Shown: positions 39,612 to 53,000 of the stretch, piece after piece
Position numbering within the stretch: position 1 is the first letter of the stretch
Layout of the letters: each line of letters starts with the position of its first letter
Origin: an uncultured virus (IMG/VR IMGVR_UViG_3300027714_000006)
Taxonomy: Duplodnaviria; Heunggongvirae; Uroviricota; Caudoviricetes
Reading direction: 5' to 3' (one strand)
Virus record (IMG/VR): IMGVR_UViG_3300027714_000006
DNA length: 64,000 nt
The notes under the pieces: generated by a model
What the model was told of the DNA's origin: nothing
Databases searched by the model: none
The model's input: the letters and a program-made list of their open reading frames with translations, nothing else
Translations under genes and position numbers: made by a program

Positions 39612-41717
39612 ATGGCATATACAGCACCCGATGGTAATACGTACGGTTCAGCATCAGATTTTCTAAATCACCAAAATGAGATATTGGCCAATACCGCCGC
39701 CAATACATCTGAATACAAGAAGTTACAAAAGCAAATAAAAGAAACCCAGACGGAAATCGCTAAGGGTAATAAGGGTGTCGATGACCTTAACGCTTCTATT
39801 ACCGAATCCACTAAAGAACAATCCAAACTATGGACGTTTGCTGAAAGAAATTTCAAATCAGGAACCGAGGCCATTAAAAATTATAAGGACGCACTTAATG
39901 CGTTACAAAATGCTGACCCTGGAACAGCTATGTTGGCTTTAGCCCAAGAGGCTTTTGATTTCTTACAAAAAGAAGCTGATACTAGAGAATACATCATAGA
40001 ACAGATTAACACTACCGGTGTTGCTACAAAAATGATGACCGCTGACCTAATGCAAGCGGAATTAGAGACATTAAAGTGGGGAAGTACTTCAGAAGATTTA
40101 GCAAAAACAATGGGAGCCTTATCTTCCGATATGGGTAGAGCGTTCCAGATATCACCAAAAGCTATGGCTAGTCTAGACGCTTTAAGGGTAGGTTTAGATA
40201 TGTCTTCTTCAGATTTAAGTTCTTTAGTTAAACAATTTGACATAATGGGTATCGGTGTAGAAGGTGCCACTGGTCAGATTGAAGAAATGTCTAAGGTCGC
40301 TAGAGGTATGGGTCTTAACGTAAGTAAATTTATGGGTAGTGTTGCTGGTAACTTAAAAATGGCAAATACCTTTAAGTTTAGAGATGGTGTACAAGGGTTT
40401 ACAAGAATGGCTGCACAAGCTCAACGATTACATTTCGATATGAGTCAAATAAGTAAAATGGCGACAGATTTATTTGACCCTGAAGCTGCAATAGATATGG
40501 CAGCTAATTTCCAAATTATGGGTGGAGCTATGGGTGATTTAACTGACCCATTTAGATTAATGTATCTAGCTACAAATGATATAGGTGGTTTACAAGACGC
40601 GATAGTAGGTGCTGCCGAAGCTAGTGTCATGTTTAATAATGAGACAGGAGAATTTGATATTTCCTCAACAGAGTTAAGAAGGATGAAAGCAATGGCAGAC
40701 CAGTTAGGTATGAGTCTGGAAGATTTTGTTACAGCAGCGAAGAAATCTAAATCCCATACCATGGCCATGAAACAAATGGGTGGGATAGAACTTATTGACC
40801 CCAAATCTGGAGAAGACCTAAAAGAATTTGCTGCCAATATGTCCCAAATGAAAGGTGGTAAATTCATGATTGACTTACCAGAAATAGGGGAAATAGCACT
40901 TCAGGATATAGACACAAAATCAGAATTAGAGGCTTTAAGGAAACTACAAGACCAACAGGGGATGACCACACAAGATATAGCTATTAGTCAGTTATCACAA
41001 CAAGAAAAAATAGCTAACAACACTAAAGCTATGATAGGTGGTGTTACTTTAGGTGCTATGGGTGAGGGAAGTGAGATGAGAGGTTACATAGACGGGATGT
41101 TAAGTACAGTTGAAAAAGCGATAGGTGGTCCTATAATGAAAGAATTAGCCACAACTATTGGAAGGGCAGGTGCTGGAGTCGCTGAGGCTGTAATCAGTGG
41201 TAACGAAGAAGAAATGTTAAAACAATTTACAAGATTGGCAAAAAACTTAGAAAAAGTAGGGACAAGTTTAGAAGAGGGATTACTTACCGATTTACCTTTA
41301 CTAAATGGTGTCATACAAGAACTATTACTGGGGACAAATACTGGTGGTGCACCGATTGCACAAGATTTTATATCTCGACCAGGTTCATTTGAGAAATTCG
41401 CAGCAAATGATTTAGTAGTTGGAGTTAAAGAACAAAATTTCCGAGCTATGCCAGCAATGACCGAAGTTAATAGTGCCGTTAACACGTTTAATAACACCAA
41501 TAACCAAACAGTACAAAAGACGGGACCAATAGATATTAATTTAAATATGACAGGTAGGGCGGTATTAGATATGAAGGGGATAACTACTGACGTTACAGCA
41601 CAGAAACTACAAGAAATTATGGGGGAAAACCAATTCCAAATGTGGTTAATGTCACAAGTGGGAGAAAGGATATCACAAGGGGGCAACGCATTCGCAAACT
41701 ATGGTACCACAACATAA
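39612..41717 (+). CDS. Tape measure protein
   Basis: Helical, Ala/Gly/Met-rich, 701 aa, directly after the chaperone pair; TATTTAT at 39585. Confidence 0.75.
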   Translation: MAYTAPDGNTYGSASDFLNHQNEILANTAANTSEYKKLQKQIKETQTEIAKGNKGVDDLNASITESTKEQSKLWTFAERNFKSGTEAIKNYKDALNALQNADPGTAMLALAQEAFDFLQKEADTREYIIEQINTTGVATKMMTADLMQAELETLKWGSTSEDLAKTMGALSSDMGRAFQISPKAMASLDALRVGLDMSSSDLSSLVKQFDIMGIGVEGATGQIEEMSKVARGMGLNVSKFMGSVAGNLKMANTFKFRDGVQGFTRMAAQAQRLHFDMSQISKMATDLFDPEAAIDMAANFQIMGGAMGDLTDPFRLMYLATNDIGGLQDAIVGAAEASVMFNNETGEFDISSTELRRMKAMADQLGMSLEDFVTAAKKSKSHTMAMKQMGGIELIDPKSGEDLKEFAANMSQMKGGKFMIDLPEIGEIALQDIDTKSELEALRKLQDQQGMTTQDIAISQLSQQEKIANNTKAMIGGVTLGAMGEGSEMRGYIDGMLSTVEKAIGGPIMKELATTIGRAGAGVAEAVISGNEEEMLKQFTRLAKNLEKVGTSLEEGLLTDLPLLNGVIQELLLGTNTGGAPIAQDFISRPGSFEKFAANDLVVGVKEQNFRAMPAMTEVNSAVNTFNNTNNQTVQKTGPIDINLNMTGRAVLDMKGITTDVTAQKLQEIMGENQFQMWLMSQVGERISQGGNAFANYGTTT

Positions 41718-41772
41718 CCTTTATATGTTATAGTTTTATATACAAAACTATTTATGTAAAAAGAAAAAATAT

Positions 41773-44700
41773 ATGGCACTTGCACCAAGAGACGCATCAT
41801 CTTTATCCTTTATAGCAACTAATCAGTTAAGAGAAACACTTTTAACTAAAAATTTGCCTAGTCCATATGAAGTTTCAGATACGTTACCAATACAATTTGG
41901 TGAAAACTCCTATAGGTTAAGTAAACAAAATGAGTTTCAAGTAGTCAACCAGTTATCCGCTGAAGAAATGGCGGCTCCATTCATAGAAAAGAGGTATCTA
42001 GATAATAGGTATGGACCACCAGGTGGTTATGAGGACAGTATAGACATTAATGTTATTAGGTTGGAAGTGGATAAAAGAATGGCTTATCCATATTTTTCTG
42101 GTTTTTATTGTAACACATATACCGTAATGGGTATATTGTTAGGTGTTAACTCTGAAGGACAATTAAACACAGCTTTATTACCTGGAATTGATGACGATAG
42201 TCAACTAGCACAATTAGCAGCTAGAGAACTAAAAAAGGCTTACAACGCTAGAGTATCTCAAGAACTTTATGCTGAAACAGTAGGTAGACTTAATGTCTTA
42301 GATGCCTTCCAAGACCCGTTTGCTGCTGTTAGTATATTATCAGGTAGAGAAAGTCTAGTAGAAAAACAATGGAAACTCACGATGCCTAGAACGTTAGTGG
42401 GTAAGGGTTTGGATTTTGTAGCTAGACTACAAGGGTTGTATTTACCGGTATCTATAATACCAGGACAATTCTTTGGTCAAGAAGCTAACCCACAACAAGG
42501 GAGAAACGTTAGACCTGAAGCCCAATCTTTAATGGGTAAAATTTGGCAAGATGCAACAGCACTAGTAGGTAACGTAATAGGGGTACAACGTAGACCAGTG
42601 GTACCGTTAACTATGAGTGACAGACTTATAGATTTTACGGGTAGTGGACAAAAGTCGGTGATGTTTCGTAATTTAACATACAACAAATATAAACCTGAAT
42701 ATAGGAAATCCGCAACAATGGAAGCTTCTACCTCTCTAGGTAGGTTGGTACAAGTAGGTGTTGGGGTAGTAAAATCAGTTCTAGGTACTCAACCACCACA
42801 AGGACAATACTATGTTGGGACGAGAAAGAATGACCCAAAAAATATACCAGGACCAAACGAAGCTTTACCACAAAACGAATTTGGGGAATTAATTAATACT
42901 CCAGTATATGGACCTGACGCATTAGCTAAAGAGTTTGAAAATTTTGATGGTAATGAGGCATGGAGAACCCATAATTTTGGTTTGGCTGGAAAAGCTATCG
43001 CTGATGGGGGTGGTGTATCTGCCGGTTGGACTTGGTACGGTAAGGATAAAAACCCAAGACCAGGACAAACGGTAGGACCTAATGGTGCATCCGCTGGTGA
43101 AGAAGTAGATAATAATCCGGATTTTAGGAGTTACGCTTTACCAGATGACCAATATAATAATTCTAGGTCAGGTACTGATAAGTTATTTAGACCTGGTAGT
43201 ATTTTAGACGTTACACAAAGATTGGTCGAATCTGTACCTGAAGTTGGTGGGGCCCGCTTAGGGCATGTTGGGCACGCCATAGACCAAGTATCTAAAGTTT
43301 TTAATGATGGGTATAAAGAATTAACTAAAGGGTCAAGGGTAAGAAAATACGTAGACAGTAATGGTTCTTATAAAGGAGCGGAATACTGTAGAATATTCAC
43401 TAAGGACACACCATTTTACACATACGATAGGTTACAAAAGACACAACAAAACATTAGAAAAGAAAGTTATTCGGTCTTAGACAGTCCATATAATTTAAAT
43501 ATAGCTCCTTACAACGACGAAGACTCAACCAACATAATCAATAACCCACAAGATGGGGGTGTATCACATGTAAAAAAATATATGTTCTCTTTAGAAAATT
43601 TAGCATGGAGAACATCTAACGACCCAGGTTTATCGTATAGTGATTTAGCTGTGTGTGAAAGAGGGCCTAATGGTGGTAGGGTAATGTGGTTCCCACCTTA
43701 TGATATCGCGATTGATGATAATAGTTCAATTAGTTGGTCATCTAATAACTTCTTAGGTAGACCAGAACCTATATACACTTACAACTATACTGAAAGGATT
43801 GGAAATCTTAGATTTAAAGTGGTTGTTGACCACCCTTCAGTATTAAACAGAATAGTGGATAAAGAATTAGGTGGGTTAACGACAGAACAAGAAAATGAGG
43901 TTCTTAATTCGTTTTTTGCTGGATGTTACGAATATGATATTTTTGATTTATCTAGGACTTACCCGGATTTTGATAGAACAGAGTTGGAAACCATACTAAC
44001 AATAATAAACCAAAACCCACCGATAAAAGAAGAACTGGAGTTCGTGGCCTTTCAAGAAGGACAACCAGAAACTTTTACAGAAGATAGTGGAAGTCAAATA
44101 CCGGATTTATCAGCTTATGATAATCTTAGTTTTTATTTCGAGAACGATTACCCAGACCCAGGTACCCGTAGAACGACATCTACAGTACCTTATAGTAGCT
44201 TAGCTGAAGCAGGTGGTTCCAAATGGGGGAGTTATCTTGGAGATGATAGAAATGTCGGAACACTTAAGGTATATTATCAAAAACAACCAGATACACAAAA
44301 ACAGGAGGCATTACAAGCATTCTTTACTGAAGCAACAGAAGAGTATAATGTTAATTTCCCAGAACTAATGGTTAAATTGGAGGAAGTGTTATCTAGTGGT
44401 GAGTTTACGGTGGATATATCTTTTATTGGGAGTGCAAGTTCCCCTAACACTAAAGATTATAATGTGGACTTATCCAAAAGAAGGATAGATTCGGTTAGGA
44501 AAATGTTACTAGCCTACCAACTAGGTGGTAAGTTCCCATTCCGAAAAGCATATGATAAAGCGGATTTAAGGTTTCCAGAGTCCCAAGCTTCAGGAGAAGA
44601 GATTAATATAAACGGAATTAATTGTACAGCTGATTTATCATTACCAGATTCAGTATATTCTATTAACGCGGCCTACTGTAGAAGAGTACACGTAGAAACA

Positions 44701-46740
44701 ATTAAAATTGAACGTAAGGTAACAATAACAAAAAAACCAACAAAGAGACCTACATATAGACCAACTATAACCAAAGACAAAGTACCGGGTAATCTTCGTA
44801 GAAAAATAACTAAACAAGTGTTAGGTGTGGATGAATGTTCTTATTTTAAAATGATAAGAGGTGAAGATGAGATAGCTTTTGCGAGTATGAAAGAAAAATT
44901 AAAGTATTTTTCACCAGCTTTTCACTCTACCACACCAGAAGGTCTTAATACTAGATTGACATTTTTACAACAATGTTTAAGACCAGGTAAAACAATACCA
45001 GTAAAGGGGAGTGACGATAACGTATCCTCCAATCAACAAGCATCTAATACAGCTTTTGGTGCACCACCAGTATGTGTACTTAGAATTGGTGATTTTTATA
45101 ATACTAAAATTATTATAGATAATGTATCAATTAGTTATGACCCACTAGTTTGGGATTTAAACCCAGAAGGTATAGGGGTTCAACCAATGATTGCTAATGT
45201 AAGTATGAACTTTAAATATATTGGGGGTCAAGGACTTAAACAACCGGTAGAAAGACTACAAAACGCCCTATCATTCAACTACTACGCAAATACAGAAACC
45301 TTTGATGATAGAGCTCAATTTACTGTTTTCGACAGTGACCCAGATGAAAAAGCTTTCTTACAGGATTTATATGATAATCTAGGTACCCAAGGTAATGGAT
45401 TAGAGGAGGAACAGGAAGCCGTGGCCGATGAAGATACTACACCTAATGATGGTCAACCAATAGGTAATAAAATGAACCCAACCCTAACCACTAGTGGTGA
45501 AACTGGTGACATAGAATATAATCTAGTGTTTAACGATATGGTTAGTAAAGCTGGTGGATACATCAGTACTGTCATAAATGAGATAAAAATGATACAAAGG
45601 ACCCACGGGTATGGTGTGGTTCAGTTAATGTTCGCTCAAAGAGAATATGTGACAGGTAATTACGATTGTATAGATTGTAGTTCAGGTTCCGCTACACTAA
45701 CACCTTTTAATGGGAAATTGATAGGTAAGATTATGGGGGAAGAACGAGGTAACAATTTATTCGATGAGGTTCTTGATACGATAAAAGGTGATGGTACTAT
45801 AATACAGACAACATACATTAATGAGGTTTCTCCTAGTAATAGTAAAAAAAGAAAGTTAAGACGATTATTAAAAGAACAGGTAGAAGAAATTAGAGATAGT
45901 GTTATTCTTGACTTAGACTCTAGTGCATACAAGATTAATGAGGCACAAGTAGAGTACACTAAATTAGTAGATAAAATAAATACTGTTAATAATTTATGTG
46001 ATGGGTTTATCAATGACGGTAGCCACACATCATATAAACTATCTGGAACTACAGATGTGTTTAGTACAAGTAACCAAACCAGTACAGATTGTGAATTAGG
46101 ACACGACTATAAACTTTTAGCTAATTTAATGAATTACTTCACAGACACATTAAATGGGGTAATAGGGTTATGTTCTGATGACCCACCACAGTGTTATGCT
46201 CCAGTAGAGTTTCTTAAAGAAGGAAACTACCAAAGTCCAACATCTTGGGTAACTTCACCAGATTTTCACTGGTCGTCTTCACTTTCTTCGGTTGGTGGGT
46301 TATATCTTACTATAGGAAAAAAATTAGTAGACACAGACATTACACCTAGTGAGTATTTTGGTGATGACGGTAATTGGGCAGTAGATATGGATGATAGTGT
46401 GTGGGAAGCTATAAAAGATAAAGTACAGTCAGGTAATGTTTGGGATAGTCAGATACTGTTATGGTCTACAGAATACCCTAAACAAGAAAAATATTGGTTT
46501 GACCAATTAGAATTATTTGAAAAGAATTTAAAAGATAGATTTGTGACATCAGACAATAAAGTACCAAACGGATTAACAACACCTGACGAGTCTTCAGAAT
46601 TAGCGAAAATAGCTGAAGATGCTAAACATAAATTTAATTATGGAACTACCAGTAGTCCTTCTTGTGAAGAATCTATAACAAAAATAGCGGAAGAGAATCA
46701 AACTACAACTGATAATTTTAACTTTAAATATATACCATAA
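41773..46740 (+). CDS. Giant baseplate/tail-tube-initiator-like protein with OmpA-like peptidoglycan-binding insertion
   Basis: FLGRPEPIYTY...R and PPVCVLRIGDFY motifs; OmpA-like FYFEND...IGSAS...YNVDLSKRRIDSV...CRRV. Confidence 0.6.
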   Translation: MALAPRDASSLSFIATNQLRETLLTKNLPSPYEVSDTLPIQFGENSYRLSKQNEFQVVNQLSAEEMAAPFIEKRYLDNRYGPPGGYEDSIDINVIRLEVDKRMAYPYFSGFYCNTYTVMGILLGVNSEGQLNTALLPGIDDDSQLAQLAARELKKAYNARVSQELYAETVGRLNVLDAFQDPFAAVSILSGRESLVEKQWKLTMPRTLVGKGLDFVARLQGLYLPVSIIPGQFFGQEANPQQGRNVRPEAQSLMGKIWQDATALVGNVIGVQRRPVVPLTMSDRLIDFTGSGQKSVMFRNLTYNKYKPEYRKSATMEASTSLGRLVQVGVGVVKSVLGTQPPQGQYYVGTRKNDPKNIPGPNEALPQNEFGELINTPVYGPDALAKEFENFDGNEAWRTHNFGLAGKAIADGGGVSAGWTWYGKDKNPRPGQTVGPNGASAGEEVDNNPDFRSYALPDDQYNNSRSGTDKLFRPGSILDVTQRLVESVPEVGGARLGHVGHAIDQVSKVFNDGYKELTKGSRVRKYVDSNGSYKGAEYCRIFTKDTPFYTYDRLQKTQQNIRKESYSVLDSPYNLNIAPYNDEDSTNIINNPQDGGVSHVKKYMFSLENLAWRTSNDPGLSYSDLAVCERGPNGGRVMWFPPYDIAIDDNSSISWSSNNFLGRPEPIYTYNYTERIGNLRFKVVVDHPSVLNRIVDKELGGLTTEQENEVLNSFFAGCYEYDIFDLSRTYPDFDRTELETILTIINQNPPIKEELEFVAFQEGQPETFTEDSGSQIPDLSAYDNLSFYFENDYPDPGTRRTTSTVPYSSLAEAGGSKWGSYLGDDRNVGTLKVYYQKQPDTQKQEALQAFFTEATEEYNVNFPELMVKLEEVLSSGEFTVDISFIGSASSPNTKDYNVDLSKRRIDSVRKMLLAYQLGGKFPFRKAYDKADLRFPESQASGEEININGINCTADLSLPDSVYSINAAYCRRVHVETIKIERKVTITKKPTKRPTYRPTITKDKVPGNLRRKITKQVLGVDECSYFKMIRGEDEIAFASMKEKLKYFSPAFHSTTPEGLNTRLTFLQQCLRPGKTIPVKGSDDNVSSNQQASNTAFGAPPVCVLRIGDFYNTKIIIDNVSISYDPLVWDLNPEGIGVQPMIANVSMNFKYIGGQGLKQPVERLQNALSFNYYANTETFDDRAQFTVFDSDPDEKAFLQDLYDNLGTQGNGLEEEQEAVADEDTTPNDGQPIGNKMNPTLTTSGETGDIEYNLVFNDMVSKAGGYISTVINEIKMIQRTHGYGVVQLMFAQREYVTGNYDCIDCSSGSATLTPFNGKLIGKIMGEERGNNLFDEVLDTIKGDGTIIQTTYINEVSPSNSKKRKLRRLLKEQVEEIRDSVILDLDSSAYKINEAQVEYTKLVDKINTVNNLCDGFINDGSHTSYKLSGTTDVFSTSNQTSTDCELGHDYKLLANLMNYFTDTLNGVIGLCSDDPPQCYAPVEFLKEGNYQSPTSWVTSPDFHWSSSLSSVGGLYLTIGKKLVDTDITPSEYFGDDGNWAVDMDDSVWEAIKDKVQSGNVWDSQILLWSTEYPKQEKYWFDQLELFEKNLKDRFVTSDNKVPNGLTTPDESSELAKIAEDAKHKFNYGTTSSPSCEESITKIAEENQTTTDNFNFKYIP

Positions 46741-47060
46741 TGTCACAATACTACAATAGATACGCACAATTTTCCATCAATGGACAATCACAAACAGTGC
46801 CATTTGTTACTTTACCATCTAAAACTACCGATAAGAAGGTTATATATAAAATGGGAAAAAGTAGAATGGATAAATTTAGTGAAGAATATTACGGTTCCCC
46901 ATACTTTGGTTGGTTGATAATGGCAGCTAACCCTACATACGGTGGGTTAGAGTGGAATATTCCTGACGGAAGAATATTGATTATTCCTTATCCTCTAGTA
47001 GCTTCTTTACAAGACTATAAGCAGGCAGTCGAAAACCACTTCTTCTTTTATGGCAGATGA
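46740..47060 (+). CDS. Baseplate wedge protein (gp53/tail X, LysM-like)
   Basis: RMDKFSEEYYGSPYFGWLIMAANP...IPDGRILIIP. Confidence 0.8.
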   Translation: MSQYYNRYAQFSINGQSQTVPFVTLPSKTTDKKVIYKMGKSRMDKFSEEYYGSPYFGWLIMAANPTYGGLEWNIPDGRILIIPYPLVASLQDYKQAVENHFFFYGR

Positions 47061-50000
47061 AATAATTAATTCGGAAAATATTCTTGTTGAGTTTAACGAG
47101 AATAATATAATACTATGTGACCCCAATAAGGTTGTTAAGGATGGTAAGCCTGAGGCACGCCTTGCTCGACACGAAAATTTGGTTATCTACGCTAATTTAA
47201 GAGCTAAGATAGTACCTAGAAGTAAAATTATAGTTGGTGATGCGGTACAAGCGGAATCATTTGTGGATTTATTTGATGGGGAAGTTAGTTTTTTACGTGA
47301 ACAAAAAGCAGGACAACCTAGACAATACATGACCAGTGATTGGACAGAACAATTCACCAACCCAGAAGTCAACCAACAGAAAGTAGTTAACACCACAGAC
47401 CCAAATACCCAACAACAGGTACCAAGAGTACAGATTGATAATAAATTAGATACTGGTTCATTTGGTATAGAAAGCATACAAATTAGTATGAATTCTGCAT
47501 GGATACCAACTGTCACTATTAATTTTGTTGATGTTAGAGGTAAAACCTTATTCGAACAAGGTGCTAACTCACCATACTCTGTATTTTTCCATATGCCTTA
47601 CCCTTTATTTTTATTAACTATTAAGGGTTTTTATGGTAAGGCAGTGACCTATCAACTAATGATGCATAAATTTAATGCTAGTTTTGACCCAGGAAGTGGA
47701 AATTATAAAGTTACCTGTAATTTTGTAGGTAGGACTTACGCTCTTTTATCTGATATTACAGCGGCAGAGATTTTAAACGCTCCTTATATGTACTCTAGAA
47801 CATATGATTTTGCGTCTGAGGATGATGAAAATAAAAAGAGTTTGGTTAGTACAAGAGGTTACCAAACAATGAAAGAAATATATCAGATATATAAAAGAAA
47901 AGATATATTACCTGACGCTCTACCAGAACTTACAATATCGGAATTAGTACAAAGGATAGACTCTTTAGAGAAAGCGATAGAAGAAGGGTTAGATGATGTT
48001 GAGATGGACTCATTAGACGACGTAAAATCTTATGAAGCACATATTGACTCCTTAAGAGCTAGAATAATCGGTCCAGCTAGTTGGAGTTATAGAAATATGG
48101 CTACAACCGAACCACCAAACTACACTAGTATTGGTACAGGTGCTCTCTACTATACTTGGAAAGATAAAATAGGTGAAGACCCACAAAAAAGAAAAGACTC
48201 GTTAGATGAACTAAAAACTATTATAAGTGAAGGCGTCGGGAGACTAGAAAAAAACGCTACATTTGGGATAGGTAAAAAAGTTAACATTGATGGTAAGAAA
48301 CAAACATTAAAAATAGATGTGGATATAAGTTTTGAGGATATATTTTTAGGTGCGGACACTATTGATGGTGCTCCAGAGAACGTAGAATATTTTTTATTTA
48401 CTTTGGACCCTAATAGTTTTGATGAAAAATTAGCTAACATCTATGAAGAATTTAATAAAAAAAGACAATCTTTAGAAAAGGACGTTTCTAAAAGAATAAA
48501 CGCTATAGTGGAAAGTGATAAAGGCCTAGGTTTTTCCCCAACCATAAGAAATGTTTTTGGGATGTTATGTGCGTCTGTAGATACATTCCTTAGACTTATG
48601 GATGATGTACATACGGATTCTATGTCTGTTAGGGATGATAAAAAAAGGTTAGAAGTTGTTAATACTATGGGTACCACTAGTGTGGAACCTATACTACCTA
48701 AAGATAATTTTGTGTATCCATGGCCTAGTTATTACGTTAGGCAAGAAAATGAAAATGGGGGACAAGATTTTGTTTTAACATATCCCGCAGCTAGAAGTGT
48801 TATTAGACAAACCGAAGCTTATAAATTTGAAAAGTGGCCAGAGGTCGGGTTTGTCGAAGAATATTTACGAGCTTCAACCCTAAGGGGCAAAACACCAAAT
48901 CTTGGGTTAGACCAAGAAAGTGGTGAATCTTCAGGTTATGGACCTGTTACAGCTATAGGGTATGGGTTAGACGAGAATTTTTATGATAATATATCACAAG
49001 CACCGTTTATGTATGAGATATATGATAGGTCTGTAATGTGTTCTTTCTTTAGTGGTATTAACACAAGACTAGCTTCAGACTCTTCACTTTTAACTATGAG
49101 AGCTTTAGGGGGTTTAGAGTCGGTCAATATATCCAAACTATCCACCACTAGTTATAATTTACAAGAAAAATTAAAAAACCAAAATTTCGATTACCAAACA
49201 TTTCTAGATTACCTAAGAGAAATATCACCATTAACAAATTGGCCTTTATTGGTGAGGAATAACTACAGTACACCTTACATTAGGGAGGAGATTTTGGAGA
49301 GGAATTTTAGTATAACTTCGATTGATGATTTTAAAAAGTACAGGAATAGAGTAAAAGAAGATGATTCTTTGACACTAATAAAAAAGTTTATATCTAAACC
49401 TAAAATTAGAAACGATAAACAAATATACGATACGTATCCTTTTGTTTACCCACTAGACCCACAAGTAGCGGTAGGTGATTGGATAAAGAATAATTTAGCA
49501 AATTGTGAAGCACAATCAGGGTATGTTAAACCAAGTTACCAAGAGTTTTATAACATAGATAAAAATATAGATATAGATACAGAGTTTAATAAGTATGGTT
49601 TTTTCACAGATACACAATTAAAAATAGACGGTAACAAAACACAAAACTCCACATATTATACTGATAATTTCTTTAAAAATTGGACCAGTCTAATAAGTAG
49701 ACGTAATGAATTGATAACCCCAGGGTTATACGCTAATTGGCCGAAATACTATAAAGATACTGTTTTAGGGTGGAACACATTGGGTAATACCACAAAGGGT
49801 AAAAATCAGTTGAGGTTCTTAACTGAAGGAAAGATAACTTATAAGATAGGTGCTGGTGTCCCAGAAACTGATTCACCAGGTGTGGAAACAGAGTTTTCTA
49901 GATTGGGTACACAAATAGCTTCTATGTTGAATACTCCTTATTTTACAAATGCTATAAAAGAGGGTACTATAAACGAAATGAATGACTCGCCATATGCGTA

Positions 50001-53000
50001 CAAAAATGCAGCTTTCTTATTTGTAAATTCATTACCAGTACCGACAACTAGAGAAAAATTATTAGAATCTATAGATGATGTTAATATTATTAATGACAGA
50101 AAAATCACTTACGGTGATTATGCCTTCGCTAACCTAAATCAACTAGCAGCTGTACACAGAATACCATATGCGTGGATTCTAAAGTATGGTGCATTATGGC
50201 ATAGATACAAACAACATGTTAATTTTGGTACGGATACTTTAACTAGTGTATGGAAAGATTTCGACGCAGCAAAAGCCTTTAACCCTAATAGTGTAGCACC
50301 ACAACTATCACACCAATACACACTAAGTCTAGGTAATGGTGGAACACAAATATTGTTCAGTTCAGAAAGACCTATAGGTGGTAATTTTGAAAAAATAGAT
50401 TTAGGGTTTTATCCAGAAATGATAAATCTAACCAATTACTTCGTAACGGGTTCTTTATTATTTAGTACTAATTACACAAGTCCAGAAATAGATTTTTACA
50501 TTAACAATGACTTATTAAATGTTAAAAGAAGTGATGGTGTTACCATACTAGCCAATCCTGGTTTTGATACCAGTAACCCACAAAGAGATATGAGTTGTTC
50601 GTTTTGGTATAGTTACTACGATATGGAAAAAGATAGTCTGTATTCTGGGCACTCATCCTCATACCTACTATACCCCTCAACTGGAGGATTAAAATACGCT
50701 CAAACTAAAAATGAGTTTTTTGATTCCGTAGGTACATTAAAAAAAGAAATATATGGGTCGAAATCTACCCATAATGGAGCAACTAGATTCGCGTGGGGAT
50801 TATCACCTTATGGGTTCTTCGAGCATAATGAGACTAGTTTTCCACCACCAGATAGATATATTAAAAAAATAGACACAAAGCATAATTCACAAGATGATTT
50901 TGATATATTATTTTGTGAAAACGATAACGAATGTTATGACACTATAGAAGAAATATTTGACATATTTGATGATAACATATTAGATAATTTTGAAGAATAC
51001 TTCTTAAACTTCTCATCATCTTCTAGTAAATTTAATAATAATATGGCTGGTCTTAATCCTGGTAACCCAAATAGTGGTACTACGATTACGACACCATATG
51101 GTAACTTTGGGTCTGGGGATATAAAAAACTTCCAGTCACTAATGAGGAGTTTTATTATATTAGAGAAAGATAGGGTAGGTGCACCTAGTAATAATAGTAC
51201 TGATTTTGGTAAACAATTAGCTAATGCACAAACCAAGAAACTACATGAAAAGTTAAAGTTATTTTTAGGGATAAATGTCGCCCTAAGACTATCCAACCCA
51301 AACCAACTAGATTTACTAAGTCTAAGGTCTTTTGTTGGTGAAACAGATTATTATGATTTTGGTACGTATGGTTATAATTTACCACCAGATATTACATTAG
51401 CAGCATCAGAAACAAGTAACACTTTAGAGTTTAGAGCTTTAAGGACTAAACTAGGTTTCTTTAGTGACGACTTTTTAAAATATTCGGATACTGGTTCGTA
51501 TGTGTTTGATTTCTTTAGGGTTATGGACGTTGAATTCTCAACACCTAATATAGAAAGGTTGTATACCATTATAAGACAATATATCACATATGTTACTTTA
51601 AATGGTCCCATAACTAGAACAGAATTTATTGGTTACCTTAGTACTGGATTAGATGACCTATACCAAGGACAAATACAAATGCTGGAAGAGACTTTTTTGA
51701 AGGTAAAAGAAGTAATGCCTGACACACCAGAAGAAAAAGTTGGGGAATTTCAAAGTATGTTGGAGAGTGATGAACAAAAATTAGAATTATATCTACAATT
51801 CCAGACACTAAACAATAAATGGATTTCCGGTACTGATGTACAAAATAAAACTATTTTTGAAGACTTTATGTTTTTAGATAGGGCTAATAGAGATATTGGG
51901 TCCACAGCCATAATGGATGTGTACGCATTAAAGTCTTTCACTAACCCCGAAAATGCTGGTGCCTCATTCTATAACTTATTAGGTTCCTTACTAGATAGTA
52001 ATTATTTCTTATTCCTACCACTACCGACCTATATTAATTTTTACGGTACCCAAACAGTAAATAATGAAGCCTTATCTAGATTTACTAGTACTGAGGAAGC
52101 TAATAGTTTATTTGGGACACACTTAGAGGTTGATACGGTAGATACTGGACCTAAATTTATTTGTATGTATGTTGGTGAAAGGTCACAACATCCAGATATG
52201 CAAACAGACCAATATAGATATAAGACTGATTCTTTCTTATTAGGTCGTACAGCTGATAACCCTTTATTTAATGTGTGTGACAATCCTGGGAAATGTAATA
52301 AAGTTGTAGCTTTTGCTGTGGATTTTGGTTTGGAGAATCAAAACATGTTTAAAGGAATAAGTTTGGACCAAGCAGACTTCCAAAATACCTCGGAAACTTT
52401 TTCACTAACACAACAAATCGCAGATTCTCAGAGTGGTAGAGATATAGCAACACAAGGTACTAGTTTATTTAATGTATATAGAAGTAGGTCTTATACGTGT
52501 AAAGTAGAAGCTATGGGTAATGCTACCATACAACCAACAATGTATTTTATGTTAAGACATGTACCAATGTTTAATGGTCCATATCTAATAACAAAAGTAA
52601 CACATAGTATTACACCTAATGATATGAATACTAGTTTTGAGGGGGTAAGGTCACCTTTCTATAAATTACCAGACATTTCAAACCTAGTTGCTAGAGTTAA
52701 CAAAAGTTACCTAAATAGAGTTAAGAAAAAGAGAGAGATAGAGAGGTCACAAGGTGGATTTAACCCTGAAGGTACAAAATACACTGACCCACCAGGGTTT
52801 ACAAGTTCAAGTAAACCAGGACCAAACGGTTCTATTAGAATGATAGTTGTACATGTTACAGCGGGAGAAGATTATGGACCTAATCCGGTTATAGAGATAA
52901 ACCGACAACATATAAATCGAGGTTTCTCGGGGATAGGTTATCACTACCTAATATCTAGAGGGACCGGAGGTAGTCAACCAGACGGAGTTATTATGGCGGG